A DNA stretch of 64,000 bases from Candidatus Delongbacteria bacterium (GCA_963663545.1 OY760505.1:1-64000), one strand, 5' to 3'; shown: positions 8,951-19,029, counted from the first letter of the stretch. Numbers and translations: made by a program. Notes: generated from the sequence alone by a model not told the origin.

Positions 8951-9816
8951 GGCATCAGCAGAATTCGCTGTTGCAGAAGCAGCTCGTCGCAGCTGGCACG
9001 CAGTAGATAAAGGCCTGAAGCGAGACCGCGCGAAGATAGATCCAGTCGTGTGTCACGCGAAAAGCTCTGAAAGCGGGCAACGCAGGCACCCTGCAGATTG
9101 TATAGCTCCAGCTGCCACCTGCCTGGTCGAGGCAGTTTCAGTGCAAGGATGCCGTGACTCGGGTTCGGTCCTGCAAAAAGCGAAGGCCTTGTCTTTGCCG
9201 GTGCAGGATTGAGCACGCTCGTGGCTTGGTGCAGGGCTGCCAGGGCGTCCAGATCAAAGGATGTTCCATCGTCATTAACACGGTCGGAGGCATCCGTGAT
9301 ACGCACATACCCAGCAGAAGAAAGCCCGGTGAGTGCCAGATCAAATGTATCACCGCCGCTCTGGCCCGGGTCAAGAGGATTGCAACTCCCGCAGGTGGGT
9401 GTTACACCAGCCAGGCCGTCGAAACTCTGCGCATCAAAGGGATATTCGATCCACTCCGCGCCGTCCTCGCTGAAAGCCAGAATGCCCGCCTCGATGAACG
9501 TGTCCCCTTCCTCACCCACCAGCATGGCGTTTTCGAAGACGGTCAAGTCGGGACCAGCACCGTCCGTCAGCGGAGGATCAAAACGTAGCACGATGCTGCC
9601 ACCGGTTCCCAGCGAAAGCAGTTCCGCGGGATCTGCCGAAGGAACCCGCTCACTGGCTGTGCTGTCGGGCGGACCGAGCACGTTAGCAGGGAAGTAGGCC
9701 TGGCCAAAACCGGCTCCCGGACCGTACTCCACCGAGACCACCCCCACTGGCCAGGGCGAGGCCAGCGCGTGACACAAGGGAAACAGTCCCAGTAGAAGCC
9801 GCAACCTGCTGCGCAT
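8947..9816 (-). CDS. Secreted cell-surface protein (BtuH-like domain) with C-terminal secretion domain
   Basis: SLGTGGSIVLRFD..DGAGPDLTVFEN...GGDTFDL..YVRITD..FDLDA; C-terminus GPNP...LYNLQG...ASGLYLL. Confidence 0.6.
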   Translation of the reverse strand: MRSRLRLLLGLFPLCHALASPWPVGVVSVEYGPGAGFGQAYFPANVLGPPDSTASERVPSADPAELLSLGTGGSIVLRFDPPLTDGAGPDLTVFENAMLVGEEGDTFIEAGILAFSEDGAEWIEYPFDAQSFDGLAGVTPTCGSCNPLDPGQSGGDTFDLALTGLSSAGYVRITDASDRVNDDGTSFDLDALAALHQATSVLNPAPAKTRPSLFAGPNPSHGILALKLPRPGRWQLELYNLQGACVARFQSFSRDTRLDLSSRGLASGLYLLRASCDELLLQQRILLMP

Positions 9817-11075
9817 CAGCGAACCAGGCTGATACGTTCAACGGCGCTCTGACCGGCCATTTGCAGCTGAACCAGATACACACCGGAAGCAAGTTGTCGC
9901 CCATCCAGGGCCAGACGATGGGTGCCTGCTTCGAAATGGCCCGCAGCCAGCCGGTTCACACACTGGCCGCGCAGATTGTAGACGGCAAGTGTAAGCGATC
10001 CGCCATGCTGTAGTTCGAAACTCAGCCAGGTGCTAGGATTGAAGGGATTCGGCGAGGCAGGAGCCAGACTGAATTGCGCCGGTGTTCGATCGGGTCGAAG
10101 AGCGCTCTCGGTCTCCACCGCCAGCAGGTCGAGCACCGGTGCACCCGTCGTGTAACTCTGCAGCGGCTCCCAGAGTTCGCTGTAACACGTGATCTCGCCG
10201 ACCAGCGTGCCCACCCAGATTCCGCTTTCGCCCTGGGCTACCTGGGCTGCGGCTGTCAACGGAGGCGTTGGCAGCAGGCTGAAACTGGCCAGATCCACCA
10301 GCTGCAGTGCGGGCGTGCCCGTCGCGTAGGCGTCGGCAAGCGCCAGCCGTTGCCCTGCCAGCTCCACCATTTCGGAGGGATTGCCTTCCAGCGCCAGGAC
10401 GCCGTCCACTTCAACACCTGTAATGCGATACAAACTTGCGGCCTGAGGCGGGTTCGTCCAGGAGCTGCCCGAACAGAGCACGTAGAGGTAGCCGTCGCTG
10501 GCTTCCAGCACCAGCTGCGGATTTACCCCCACTGTAAGGTGTCCTTCCTCGTCGCTGTTCAAGTTGTGCCAGAAGAGGTGATTGCCACTGCCGTAGCCGC
10601 TTTCGCAAGCAAACAGACAGGCATCGCTTTCGCGGTAGTACACGCCCTGGGGTAGATTCAGATCGTTGTAAGAGGCGCTGATTTCGCCCAGCGCATCCAG
10701 CAGCACCACGCGGTTCTCGGCCAGCAGACTGACAAAACAGCCTGCGTCCGTCTCCTGTGCGCCCCAGGGGCTGGAGAAGTCGGGCAGTGCGAGGGCGGCG
10801 ACGTCAAGGGCCACGCCTTCTTCGTTCCAGCTCAGCGCCCGCAGTCCGGCTCCCTCGCCGGTGTAGACGCTTCCGGAGTGGACAATCAGACACTGACTTT
10901 CGCCTTCGCGCACCGGACTGAAGGCATTGGGCGTGTCCGGCAACGCCAGGCTTTCACCACTGCAATTGACGGTGTGATACAAAAAGGAATTGCTGTAACC
11001 GCAAAGGGCCAGCAGGCTTTCGGCACGGGCCTGCAGACCCGCGCAGACGCAGGCCAGAACAAAAAAGCGCAACAT
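9816..11075 (-). CDS. Secreted beta-propeller protein (BtuG-like) with C-terminal secretion domain
   Basis: Signal peptide, VGVNPQ/GNP blades, SPNPFNPST...ASGVYLV tail; RBS GGGAGG. Confidence 0.7.
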   Translation of the reverse strand: MLRFFVLACVCAGLQARAESLLALCGYSNSFLYHTVNCSGESLALPDTPNAFSPVREGESQCLIVHSGSVYTGEGAGLRALSWNEEGVALDVAALALPDFSSPWGAQETDAGCFVSLLAENRVVLLDALGEISASYNDLNLPQGVYYRESDACLFACESGYGSGNHLFWHNLNSDEEGHLTVGVNPQLVLEASDGYLYVLCSGSSWTNPPQAASLYRITGVEVDGVLALEGNPSEMVELAGQRLALADAYATGTPALQLVDLASFSLLPTPPLTAAAQVAQGESGIWVGTLVGEITCYSELWEPLQSYTTGAPVLDLLAVETESALRPDRTPAQFSLAPASPNPFNPSTWLSFELQHGGSLTLAVYNLRGQCVNRLAAGHFEAGTHRLALDGRQLASGVYLVQLQMAGQSAVERISLVR

Positions 11076-11136
11076 GGAATCCTCCCGAGTTCCACCCGGA
11101 GGACACGACGCTGCGCTCAGAAGAATTCGGCTGCGC

Positions 11137-11335
11137 CACTCCTGTCCCCCGGGAGTGTCTGATCACCTGGGTCGGTCTCCGGACTTGCGCCTCGTCCTTG
11201 CGCGACGCCTTCCCACCGGCTCCACCCGATCCTTTTCAGGCGATGGTTTGCCGGCAGTGGCCGTTGTCGCGTTCGTCCGCGCTTACCGTGGCGGGGGCCG
11301 CTCCCGAATTGCACGGGATTCCCGTTACCCAGATG
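11137..11335 (-). promoter_or_regulatory. Cobalamin riboswitch
   Basis: Minus strand: CATCTGGGT..GGGAA TCCCG TGCAAT TCGGGA..GCCCCCGCCACGGTAA..GCCACTG..GGGAAGG..AAGTCCGGAGACC..ACCCAGGTG; downstream CACTCC/GGAGTG hairpin whose CGGGGG loop can kiss CCCCCG. Confidence 0.93.
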
Positions 11336-11454
11336 CTGTCAATGAAGGCCCAAGATAGCCATGCGGCAGGGCTTGAACAAGGAAGAAGGTGTCCATGCTG
11401 TGCAAAAGCAGGGGATTCAGTACCTTAATTGCTTCGTACGAAAAGTGGGATGAC

Positions 11455-12132
11455 ATGAAGATCGAGCTATCCTTTGAGCAGCGAGAGTGCCTGGCAACGG
11501 CCATCCGCAATGCGCCATTTCCGCTCTCCGTGTACAACTACAGCAACAACAAGCTGGAAGAGCTGGCCTCGCGTGAAGTCCACGAAGAGTACATTCGCAA
11601 GCAATTGACTTCCGAGGACGTGGACGAAGTCTGCGACGGCCTGTCCAATGTGCTTCTGTGGGGCTATTTGCGCAGCGACACCGAGTCCTTTCGTGTCTAT
11701 GATTTCCGCCGGCGCGTCAATCGCCAGCAACTGATTCGTGTGCGCAACCTGATTCAGGAGATCAAAGGCCCTTCGCTCGTACCGCTGGAGCGGGTGCGTC
11801 TGCCGCTGTTTACCTGCCTGTCGCAGTTCACCCACATTCGCGCCTTTCTGGAGCCTGCCACTTACACTGTGCTGGATCCGGAGCTGATGACCTTGCACGA
11901 GACGGGCATCGCCACTGTCTTCAGCCGCATGCAAAACACGACCATCGCCATTCCCGCCAATCTGCGCAACGAGGCTGCCTATGATCGCTGGTGCAAAATC
12001 TGCGCTGTGCTGGGGAGTGCACTACCTCGCTCGGGTGTAACGCCGATGGATGTTTCATTGGGCATTGTGCGTTTGGTGCAGGTTCACAACCCGGATGATG
12101 CGGCGCGCCTGGTTCGTCTGGGCGAAGGCTAA
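11455..12132 (+). CDS. Hypothetical protein, possibly helix-hairpin-helix glycosylase-like fold
   Basis: Clean ORF with host-like codons; LxWG...LPxFxxxSxFTHIxxFLxPxxYxVLD resembles HhH-type motifs; start could be 11395. Confidence 0.55.
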   Translation: MKIELSFEQRECLATAIRNAPFPLSVYNYSNNKLEELASREVHEEYIRKQLTSEDVDEVCDGLSNVLLWGYLRSDTESFRVYDFRRRVNRQQLIRVRNLIQEIKGPSLVPLERVRLPLFTCLSQFTHIRAFLEPATYTVLDPELMTLHETGIATVFSRMQNTTIAIPANLRNEAAYDRWCKICAVLGSALPRSGVTPMDVSLGIVRLVQVHNPDDAARLVRLGEG

Positions 12133-12234
12133 TCTCGGCGAAAGCGCAACGCCGCAGGCTTGAATCGACACCCAAGAACGCCGCGACCATGGCGTGGAAC
12201 TCAGAGTCGGGGCACAATTTCTATATTGGCACGC

Positions 12235-13011
12235 ATGGCAAACATCATCGCCTTAGCAAACCAGAAGGGCGGGGTTGGCAAGACCACCACCGCTGTTAAT
12301 CTGGCCGCGTGCATCGCGGCAGCGGAACGTCGTGTGCTGCTGGTGGATATGGACCCGCAGGCCAACGCCACTTCCGGCGTGGGCGTGGATCGTGATCCCC
12401 AGCGCCCTTGCGTCTACGAGGCGCTGCTGGACGCCAGTCGCAGCCACGACAGCATCGTCAAGACCAGCATGAGTTTCCTGGACCTGATGCCCAGCGACGT
12501 TCGTCTGGTGGGTGCCGAAGTGGAGCTGGTCAGCGCGCTGGCTCGCGAGTATCGGCTGCAGAAGGTGCTGGCCCAGGTGGGCGCTGACTACGACTACATC
12601 CTTATCGATTGCCCGCCCAGCCTGGGACTGCTGACCGTCAACACGCTGACGGCGGCGGACGGGGTGGTGATTCCCATTCAGGCCGAGTACTACGCCCTCG
12701 AAGGGCTCAGCCAGTTGCTGAATACCGTTGAGCTGGTACGCGACAGCCTGAATCCGCGCCTTGTGATACGCGGCGTGCTGTTGACCATGTACGACCAGCG
12801 CCTGCGCCTGTGCAACATGGTCCGCGAGGAGCTGGAAGCGCACTTCGGCGAGCAGCTCTATCACACCATCATTCCGCGTAACGTGAAGCTGGGCGAAGCC
12901 CCCAGCCACGGCAAGCCGATCCTTCTTTACGACGCCGGCAGCGCGGGAGCGCAGAATTACATCGCCCTGGCCCAGGAGATCCTCGATGAGCAAAGCGAAG
13001 CCGCTGGGTAA
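12235..13011 (+). CDS. parA: Chromosome partitioning ATPase ParA/Soj
   Basis: [10 protein letters not shown] deviant Walker [32 protein letters not shown]. Confidence 0.97.
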   Translation: MANIIALANQKGGVGKTTTAVNLAACIAAAERRVLLVDMDPQANATSGVGVDRDPQRPCVYEALLDASRSHDSIVKTSMSFLDLMPSDVRLVGAEVELVSALAREYRLQKVLAQVGADYDYILIDCPPSLGLLTVNTLTAADGVVIPIQAEYYALEGLSQLLNTVELVRDSLNPRLVIRGVLLTMYDQRLRLCNMVREELEAHFGEQLYHTIIPRNVKLGEAPSHGKPILLYDAGSAGAQNYIALAQEILDEQSEAAG

Positions 13012-13861
13012 AGGCCTAAGCGCCCTGATCCAGAAAAAGGAAGAAGCCCCCCATCCGCAACCCGCAGACCAGGGCGGCGAGCGCGTCCGCGAGCTGGCGC
13101 TTGAGGAAGTGCGCGTCAACCCCGACCAGCCGCGCCGTGATTTCGACGGCGAAGCTCTGGACGAACTGACCGCCAGTGTGCGCGAGCAAGGTGTGTTACA
13201 GCCGATTCTGGTTTTCGCCGAACACGGCGGCTACACGATCATTGCCGGCGAGCGCCGCTATCGTGCCAGTGTGCGCGCGGGACGAAAGCGCATTCCCGCC
13301 CTCGTGCGCCCCAAACCCGAAGCCCGCGAACTGCTGCAGTTGGCGCTGATCGAGAACATTCAGCGCGAGGATCTGAACCCCCTCGATCTGGCCTCAGGCT
13401 ATCGTAGTCTGATTGAAGAATACGGCATGACCCAGGAGGAGCTGGCCACGGTTGTGGGCAAGAAGCGCGCCACCGTCGCCAACACACTGCGTCTGGTCAA
13501 GCTGCCCGCCGTGATCAAGGTCAGCCTCAAGAGCGGCGAAATCAGCATGGGGCATGCGCGCGCGCTGCTGGGTGTGGTCAGCGACGACGACAAAGTGCAT
13601 CTGTGGCAGATCTGCGTTCGCAAGCATTTAAGCGTGCGTCAACTCGAGGATCTAGTTCAGCGAAGCAAGCAGGAACCCGCGCCGGGCAAGCCGAAGGTGG
13701 TCAAACCCTTCGATATCCTTGAGGCGGAAGACCGCATTCGCGACAGCCTGGGCACCCGCGTACAGATTACGCCCAATCGCAACCGTGGCGCCATCAGCAT
13801 CAACTATGACAGCAAGGACGAGCTGGACCGCCTACTGGAGATGCTCACCAGCATATCCTAG
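12986..13861 (+). CDS. parB: Chromosome partitioning protein ParB/Spo0J
   Basis: [50 protein letters not shown]. Confidence 0.97.
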   Translation: MSKAKPLGKGLSALIQKKEEAPHPQPADQGGERVRELALEEVRVNPDQPRRDFDGEALDELTASVREQGVLQPILVFAEHGGYTIIAGERRYRASVRAGRKRIPALVRPKPEARELLQLALIENIQREDLNPLDLASGYRSLIEEYGMTQEELATVVGKKRATVANTLRLVKLPAVIKVSLKSGEISMGHARALLGVVSDDDKVHLWQICVRKHLSVRQLEDLVQRSKQEPAPGKPKVVKPFDILEAEDRIRDSLGTRVQITPNRNRGAISINYDSKDELDRLLEMLTSIS

Positions 13862-13920
13862 TGGCCGCTTTCTTCGTCCGCGGAGCGCAACTTCACCCAC
13901 CGAATCCTTGGGAGGTACCC

Positions 13921-15159
13921 GTGAAACTGATCCTCTTTGAAGACGATCGGGCCGGAGATTTCTACCCACTGACCGAGATGCACGCCGTCTGGGACTTGCG
14001 CGTCGGACTGGGTACGCTGCGTCAGCGCATCGAGTGGCGGCTGGCATTGCGCGCCGAGGGCGGCATCTGTCGCGATGAGCTTGCTGCTGTGGCGGCTGAG
14101 GAGGGTCTCGGAGCCCCCGAACTGAAGGCGGGCGAAGAGCTGCTGCTTGTCAACGCGCGCCTGCTGGACTTCGATCCGCAGATCGTCCAGTCGCTGGAGC
14201 TCGGTCAATGTCTGGTGCAGGAGGAGACGCTGCTGGCGGCGCGCCTGCACAGCGAGGATCTGGAGAGCTTCGTCGGCGCAGAGGGCGCGGAATCCATCGA
14301 GTTGGATGTGCTGGAACCGTCCGATCCGTGGCCGCTGGCATCTCGATTGTGGGAACTGGTGCACTACCAGCCCGAGGCTGTAGCCGCTGACTTGCCCTGG
14401 TGGGACGAGGCGACTGAATCCGGCTCTGCCGATCTTCCGGAAGGCGTGATCCACCAGGGCGGAGGCCAGTTGCGCCTTGGACGTGATACAAAGATTGCGC
14501 CTTTCGTAGTTATTGACAGCAGTGCGGGCGCTGTAGTCATTGACGACGGCGTTGAAGTAATGCCCTTCTGCTACATCGAAGGCCCGTGTTACATCGGCCC
14601 GAAGTGTCGGCTGAAAACGCATACGCGCCTCTACGGCGGAAGCCATCTGGGGCCCGTCTGCCGCATCGCCGGTGAAGTGGCCGAGAGCCTTCTTCTGGGC
14701 TACGCCAACAAGCAGCACGACGGTTTTCTGGGGCATGCGGTGCTGGGCGAATGGGTCAACCTGGGCGCCGACAGCAACAACAGCGATTTGAAGAACAACT
14801 ACGGCAACGTGCGCGTGAGCGTGCGCGGCGAAAGCGTCAATACCGGCGAGCGCTTTGTGGGGCTGATGATGGGCGACCACAGCAAATGCGGCATCAACAC
14901 CATGTTCAACACCGGCACCGTCTGTGGCGTCTTCGCCAACATTTGGGGCGGAGGTTTTCCTGCAAAGGAAATTCCGCCTTTCAGCTGGGGCGGCCCGCAG
15001 GATTCCGTGATCCAGTACAAACTGGAGCAGGCCCTGTCAACGGCGGCCACAGTGTGCGGACGACGCGGGCGCGAGTTCAGCCCCGCTCGCCAGGAACTAG
15101 TTCGCGTTCTCTTTCGTAGATACGGTTTTCAATTCTGGTCCCAGGAGGAGCAGGCATGA
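13921..15159 (+). CDS. GlmU-like putative sugar nucleotidyltransferase with hexapeptide repeats
   Basis: ILFED..FYPLT, ANKQHDGFLGH, LGADSNNSDLKNNY, GDHSKCGIN; RBS GGAGG before GTG 13921. Confidence 0.85.
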   Translation: MKLILFEDDRAGDFYPLTEMHAVWDLRVGLGTLRQRIEWRLALRAEGGICRDELAAVAAEEGLGAPELKAGEELLLVNARLLDFDPQIVQSLELGQCLVQEETLLAARLHSEDLESFVGAEGAESIELDVLEPSDPWPLASRLWELVHYQPEAVAADLPWWDEATESGSADLPEGVIHQGGGQLRLGRDTKIAPFVVIDSSAGAVVIDDGVEVMPFCYIEGPCYIGPKCRLKTHTRLYGGSHLGPVCRIAGEVAESLLLGYANKQHDGFLGHAVLGEWVNLGADSNNSDLKNNYGNVRVSVRGESVNTGERFVGLMMGDHSKCGINTMFNTGTVCGVFANIWGGGFPAKEIPPFSWGGPQDSVIQYKLEQALSTAATVCGRRGREFSPARQELVRVLFRRYGFQFWSQEEQA

Positions 15160-15758
15160 ACAGGACGAGCTTGTATCACCACATCGCCCTTGTGGCGTTG
15201 ATGGCGCTGACCCTTTTTTCTTTTGGTTGCAAGTCGAAGACCAGCCCGGTTGCGCTGAGTGACGAAACCGGTGTGGTGGCCGAAGTGGACAGCGCCGCGC
15301 TCGTACCACAGGAACTGGCCGTGGACAGCGCGTTGATCGCCGAAGAGGAACTGCTGATCAGCGAGCGCGAGCGTGCCCTGGAAGCCGAGCGCGTGCGCAA
15401 GCAGCAATACGATGCCGATCTGGCGACGATCAAGCCCATCTATTTCGACTTCGACCGCTCCCAGCTGCGCGGTGATGCCCGTGTTACACTGGACGCCAAC
15501 GGTCGTGTGCTGGAGCGTCAGAGCGCGTTGGAGCTCCTGATCGAGGGCCACTGCGACGAGAACGGTTCCGTGGCCTACAATCTGGCCTTGGGTGACCGTC
15601 GCGCAAAAGCGGCGCGCGATTATCTGGTGAACCTGGGCGTCGATGCCAGTCGCCTGCGGACGATTTCCTACGGCAAGAGCAAGCCCGCGGTGGTTGGCAA
15701 TAGCGAAGCGGCCTGGGCGAAGAACCGCCGCTGCGAATTCAAACCCGTTGAACAGTAG
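15156..15758 (+). CDS. pal: Peptidoglycan-associated lipoprotein
   Basis: Lipobox SFG-C; IYFDFD, IEGHCDE, YNLALGDRRA, ISYGK, NRR. Confidence 0.93.
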   Translation: MNRTSLYHHIALVALMALTLFSFGCKSKTSPVALSDETGVVAEVDSAALVPQELAVDSALIAEEELLISERERALEAERVRKQQYDADLATIKPIYFDFDRSQLRGDARVTLDANGRVLERQSALELLIEGHCDENGSVAYNLALGDRRAKAARDYLVNLGVDASRLRTISYGKSKPAVVGNSEAAWAKNRRCEFKPVEQ

Positions 15759-15767
15759 AGGCCTCGC

Positions 15768-16409
15768 ATGCAGTTGCTGAGCATCCTGCGCGATGCCACA
15801 CCCTTCTCACTGGCAATTCTGGCCTTGCTGGCGCTGGCCTCGCTTGTTTCATGGACGGTCATTTTTGAGCGCGCTGGCTTCTTTGCGCGCGCCAAACGTG
15901 CGGGTAGTGATTTCGCCCGGTTGGCAGCCAACTCAACTCGTATCACAGAGTTGCTGGAACTGGCGCAGCGGCATCCGGCTTCACTGGCTGCGCGTAGTTT
16001 GTATCACGCGTCACAGAGTATGCCGGAGAAGGCCTATGATGATTCGGCGCGCTGGGAGCAGCATCTGCAACGCGCGGGACTTCGCGAGCTGGAGCAGGGG
16101 CGTCGCTACCTGAGTCTGTTGGCTACCATGAGCTCGGCCAGTCCCTTTGTCGGGCTGCTGGGAACGGTCTGGGGCGTGATGGTGGCTTTTCTGCGCATCG
16201 GTTCCAGCCAGGGACAGGCTATGCTCGAGGTGGTCGGCCCCGGCATTGCCGAAGCGCTCATTGCAACGGTAGCGGGTCTGGCGACGGCCATTCCAGCGAC
16301 GGTGGCCTACAATTTCTTCCTGGCCGCACTGCGTCGTCAACAGCGCTTCATTGAGGATGCCGCCTCGGGTCTCCTGATGCTCGCAGCCGCCGAGGAGGAT
16401 CAGGCGTGA
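15768..16409 (+). CDS. tolQ: TolQ/ExbB proton-channel protein
   Basis: SPFVGLLGTVWGVM, PGIAEALIATVAGL. Confidence 0.88.
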   Translation: MQLLSILRDATPFSLAILALLALASLVSWTVIFERAGFFARAKRAGSDFARLAANSTRITELLELAQRHPASLAARSLYHASQSMPEKAYDDSARWEQHLQRAGLRELEQGRRYLSLLATMSSASPFVGLLGTVWGVMVAFLRIGSSQGQAMLEVVGPGIAEALIATVAGLATAIPATVAYNFFLAALRRQQRFIEDAASGLLMLAAAEEDQA

Positions 16410-16852
16410 AGCTTCACGTGGAAGAAGGCGAGCTTAGCGAGATCAACGTCACACCGCTCGTGGATGTCTTTCTGGTGCTGCTGGTGATCTTCATGATCAC
16501 CGCGCCCGTGCTGAAGACCGCGTTGGAAGTAGGTCTGCCGCCAGCGGACACCTCGGTTCCTCAGTTGGCGGGTGGTATTGTGGTAGAGCTCGATGCAGGC
16601 GGCAGTCTGATGGTGGATGGACGCGCTGTGGCACCCGTTGATCTGGTGGCGACACTGCACCAGAAGCACGCACGAGCAGCCGGTGATACAAGCGGCGTGC
16701 CCATCTTTCTGGCCGCAGACAAGCGTGCCCCTTACGGAGATGTAGTTGCAGTGCTGGATCGCATGCGCCTGGAGGGCTTTCCGGATGTGGGCCTGCTGAC
16801 CGATGAGAACGGTACGGCAAAGCAGAACTCGCGCGACAGGAAGCGGCGATGA
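16406..16852 (+). CDS. tolR: TolR/ExbD protein
   Basis: SEINVTPLVDVFLVLLVIFMITAP, AADKRAPYG. Confidence 0.88.
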   Translation: MKLHVEEGELSEINVTPLVDVFLVLLVIFMITAPVLKTALEVGLPPADTSVPQLAGGIVVELDAGGSLMVDGRAVAPVDLVATLHQKHARAAGDTSGVPIFLAADKRAPYGDVVAVLDRMRLEGFPDVGLLTDENGTAKQNSRDRKRR

Positions 16853-17706
16853 GTGTGATACAGGCAGAGCGCTCTATGCAAGACAAGGCCAGCGCGCGCT
16901 GGCCTTTTGTGCTCTCGCTGTGTCTTCACGCGGCAGCACTTCTGCTGTTGGGGCTGCGTTTGGAAATGCCTGCACCGGAGCCGCACTTCAGTTTGCGCAT
17001 GGTGCGTCTTGCCGGTGGTGGCAGCGGAAAACCGGGCTGGGCAACTGAGGCACCTGCCCCGGCTCCCGTGTCACAGCAGACGCCTGCTACGAAACCGCTA
17101 AGGGACAGTCGACCACAGCCGGAAGCACCGGTCGCAAAACCTGCAGCGAAACCAGCCCCCAGACAGCTGCCGACGAGTACAGCAAGCGTAGAGCGCGAAG
17201 CGCCCGTGTTACGCGATGAAACCACATCTACCACGCCAATTCCGGCTGAAACAGTGCAGCGAGAAGAGAGAGAAGGAACCACTGCGGAAACTGTGTCACA
17301 TACGAATGCGCCTGCGATAGCAAGTACAAACACTTCCTCCGACGATGCGGGCACAGGCAGGGAGCATACCCTGGTGACACAAGCCGGACCGGCCGGAGCG
17401 GGCCGGGGTGCTGTTGCCGATGAGCAGGGTCTGCCTGGACTCGGTGCCTGGCTAGGACGCGTCGAATCGCAGATTCAGCAACGCTTTCAGTATCCGGCAC
17501 GTGATACGGGCGCGCGTGCAGTGTTCCACTTCTACATCGAACGCGACGGCAGCGTGAGCGATCTGACTCTGACCCAGTCCAGCGAGCTGCCAGGCCTGGA
17601 TCACGCCGGTCGTAGCGCCATTACCCGCGCCGTCTGTCCGCCGCTGCCCGCCTCTTTCCGGCACAGCCGCTTGGGCGTCACCTTCACATTTGTGGACGAA
17701 CGATGA
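16849..17706 (+). CDS. TolA/TonB-family energy transducer
   Basis: SLCLH TM anchor, Pro/Ala/Thr-rich linker, TonB-C-like domain (IERDG..QSS..LD). Confidence 0.8.
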   Translation: MSVIQAERSMQDKASARWPFVLSLCLHAAALLLLGLRLEMPAPEPHFSLRMVRLAGGGSGKPGWATEAPAPAPVSQQTPATKPLRDSRPQPEAPVAKPAAKPAPRQLPTSTASVEREAPVLRDETTSTTPIPAETVQREEREGTTAETVSHTNAPAIASTNTSSDDAGTGREHTLVTQAGPAGAGRGAVADEQGLPGLGAWLGRVESQIQQRFQYPARDTGARAVFHFYIERDGSVSDLTLTQSSELPGLDHAGRSAITRAVCPPLPASFRHSRLGVTFTFVDER

Positions 17707-19028
17707 GAACCACTACTTCTTTGATCCTACTGCTGCAGTTGTTCCTGTGCTGTTTGCCCAAGGGATTGACGGCGCAGCTCATTTTTTCCGAGGGCGTTCC
17801 TGAGGTGCAGCTTGAGGCGCGAACGCTGAGCTATTTTCGCCCTACTCTGGTGTTTGACCCACCCGCTGCAGACGCTCCTGTGCAGGAGTTGTTTACGCGC
17901 CGCCTGCGCGAAGACCTTGTGCTGAGTGGCTACCTGTACGTTGTGGATCCGCAGGAGATGGATTCCAGCCTGGCTGCGCAAACCACTGTGCTGCACTGGG
18001 CCTATGCTGATGCCTTTGACACGAGCCCGATGCCCGCCTGGCAAGCGCACGCCACACTGCGTGCCGCAGAGGACGAGCAAGCCTGGGGCGAGTGGTTGCA
18101 GCCGGTGGGCGGACAGGGGGATCCACTGCTGCAGGCGGACGGCTTGGCGATTACCCTGCTGCGTGAACTTACCGGCTACGAACCTGTGCTGGATAGCCGC
18201 CTGCTCTATGTGGAACCCGCTGCCGAAGCCAGTCAGCTAGTGGCCGTCGATTTGCGCGGGGGCGGGCGCGAATACCTGACCCGCTCGGCGAGCTACAAAT
18301 ACTCACCGGCCTGGTCGCCTGATGCAGAGTGGCTGGCCTGGATCGTGATACGGCCCGGCACAGGTGCAGATCTCTTTGTTGCTTCAACCACCAAGGGAGG
18401 CACGAGAGCCGTTCTGGCCGGACCCGATTCCGAAGCCGCTCCCGCCTGGTCACCCGACGGCGAATGGCTGGCCTATGCCTCAACCGTGAGCGCTAACACA
18501 GACATCTATTTGCTGAGCGGCGCTTTTGCCCGCGGCGAGGAATCTCAGCCGGGCAGCCGCCGCCTTAGTTTCAGCCAAGGCATCGATACCAATCCCTCCT
18601 GGTCGCCGGACTCCCGCAGCCTGGTGTTCAGCAGCGATCGTGGCGGAAGTCAACAGTTGTACCTTGTGGGCGTAGAAGGCCTGGAGGAACGTCGCATCAG
18701 CTACTGGGGCGGCGCCTGCGACTGCCCAAGCTGGTCGCCCGACGGCGAGTGGATCGCCTTTGTGATGCGTGAAGGGAAAGGCTATCAGCTCTTTCTGACG
18801 CGTCCCGATGGCAGCGAACTGGTGCGTCTGAGCGACGAAGCCGGCAATCACTTCGATCCTGTCTGGTCGCCCGACAGCCAGCAGTTGGCCTACGGGTGGC
18901 GCGATCAGGTCTGGATTTGCTTTGCCGACGGTACTGGCAAACGCGTGCTTTGCAGCAAGGGGTTCAACCCGGTGTGGAGTCCGCGTTCTGCGCTGCGTGA
19001 TACAAGTCAATCTGAGTACGGGGAATAA
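17703..19028 (+). CDS. tolB: TolB-like beta-propeller
   Basis: Repeated PxWSPDG (PD40) motifs; tol operon context. Confidence 0.85.
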   Translation: MRTTTSLILLLQLFLCCLPKGLTAQLIFSEGVPEVQLEARTLSYFRPTLVFDPPAADAPVQELFTRRLREDLVLSGYLYVVDPQEMDSSLAAQTTVLHWAYADAFDTSPMPAWQAHATLRAAEDEQAWGEWLQPVGGQGDPLLQADGLAITLLRELTGYEPVLDSRLLYVEPAAEASQLVAVDLRGGGREYLTRSASYKYSPAWSPDAEWLAWIVIRPGTGADLFVASTTKGGTRAVLAGPDSEAAPAWSPDGEWLAYASTVSANTDIYLLSGAFARGEESQPGSRRLSFSQGIDTNPSWSPDSRSLVFSSDRGGSQQLYLVGVEGLEERRISYWGGACDCPSWSPDGEWIAFVMREGKGYQLFLTRPDGSELVRLSDEAGNHFDPVWSPDSQQLAYGWRDQVWICFADGTGKRVLCSKGFNPVWSPRSALRDTSQSEYGE

Positions 19029-19029
19029 C

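Noticed and set aside
16410-16425. parS-like AGCTTCACGTGGAAGA at the tolR start
   Set aside because: Three mismatches even to the TGTTTCACGTGGAACA variant, and fully explained by the coding sequence.
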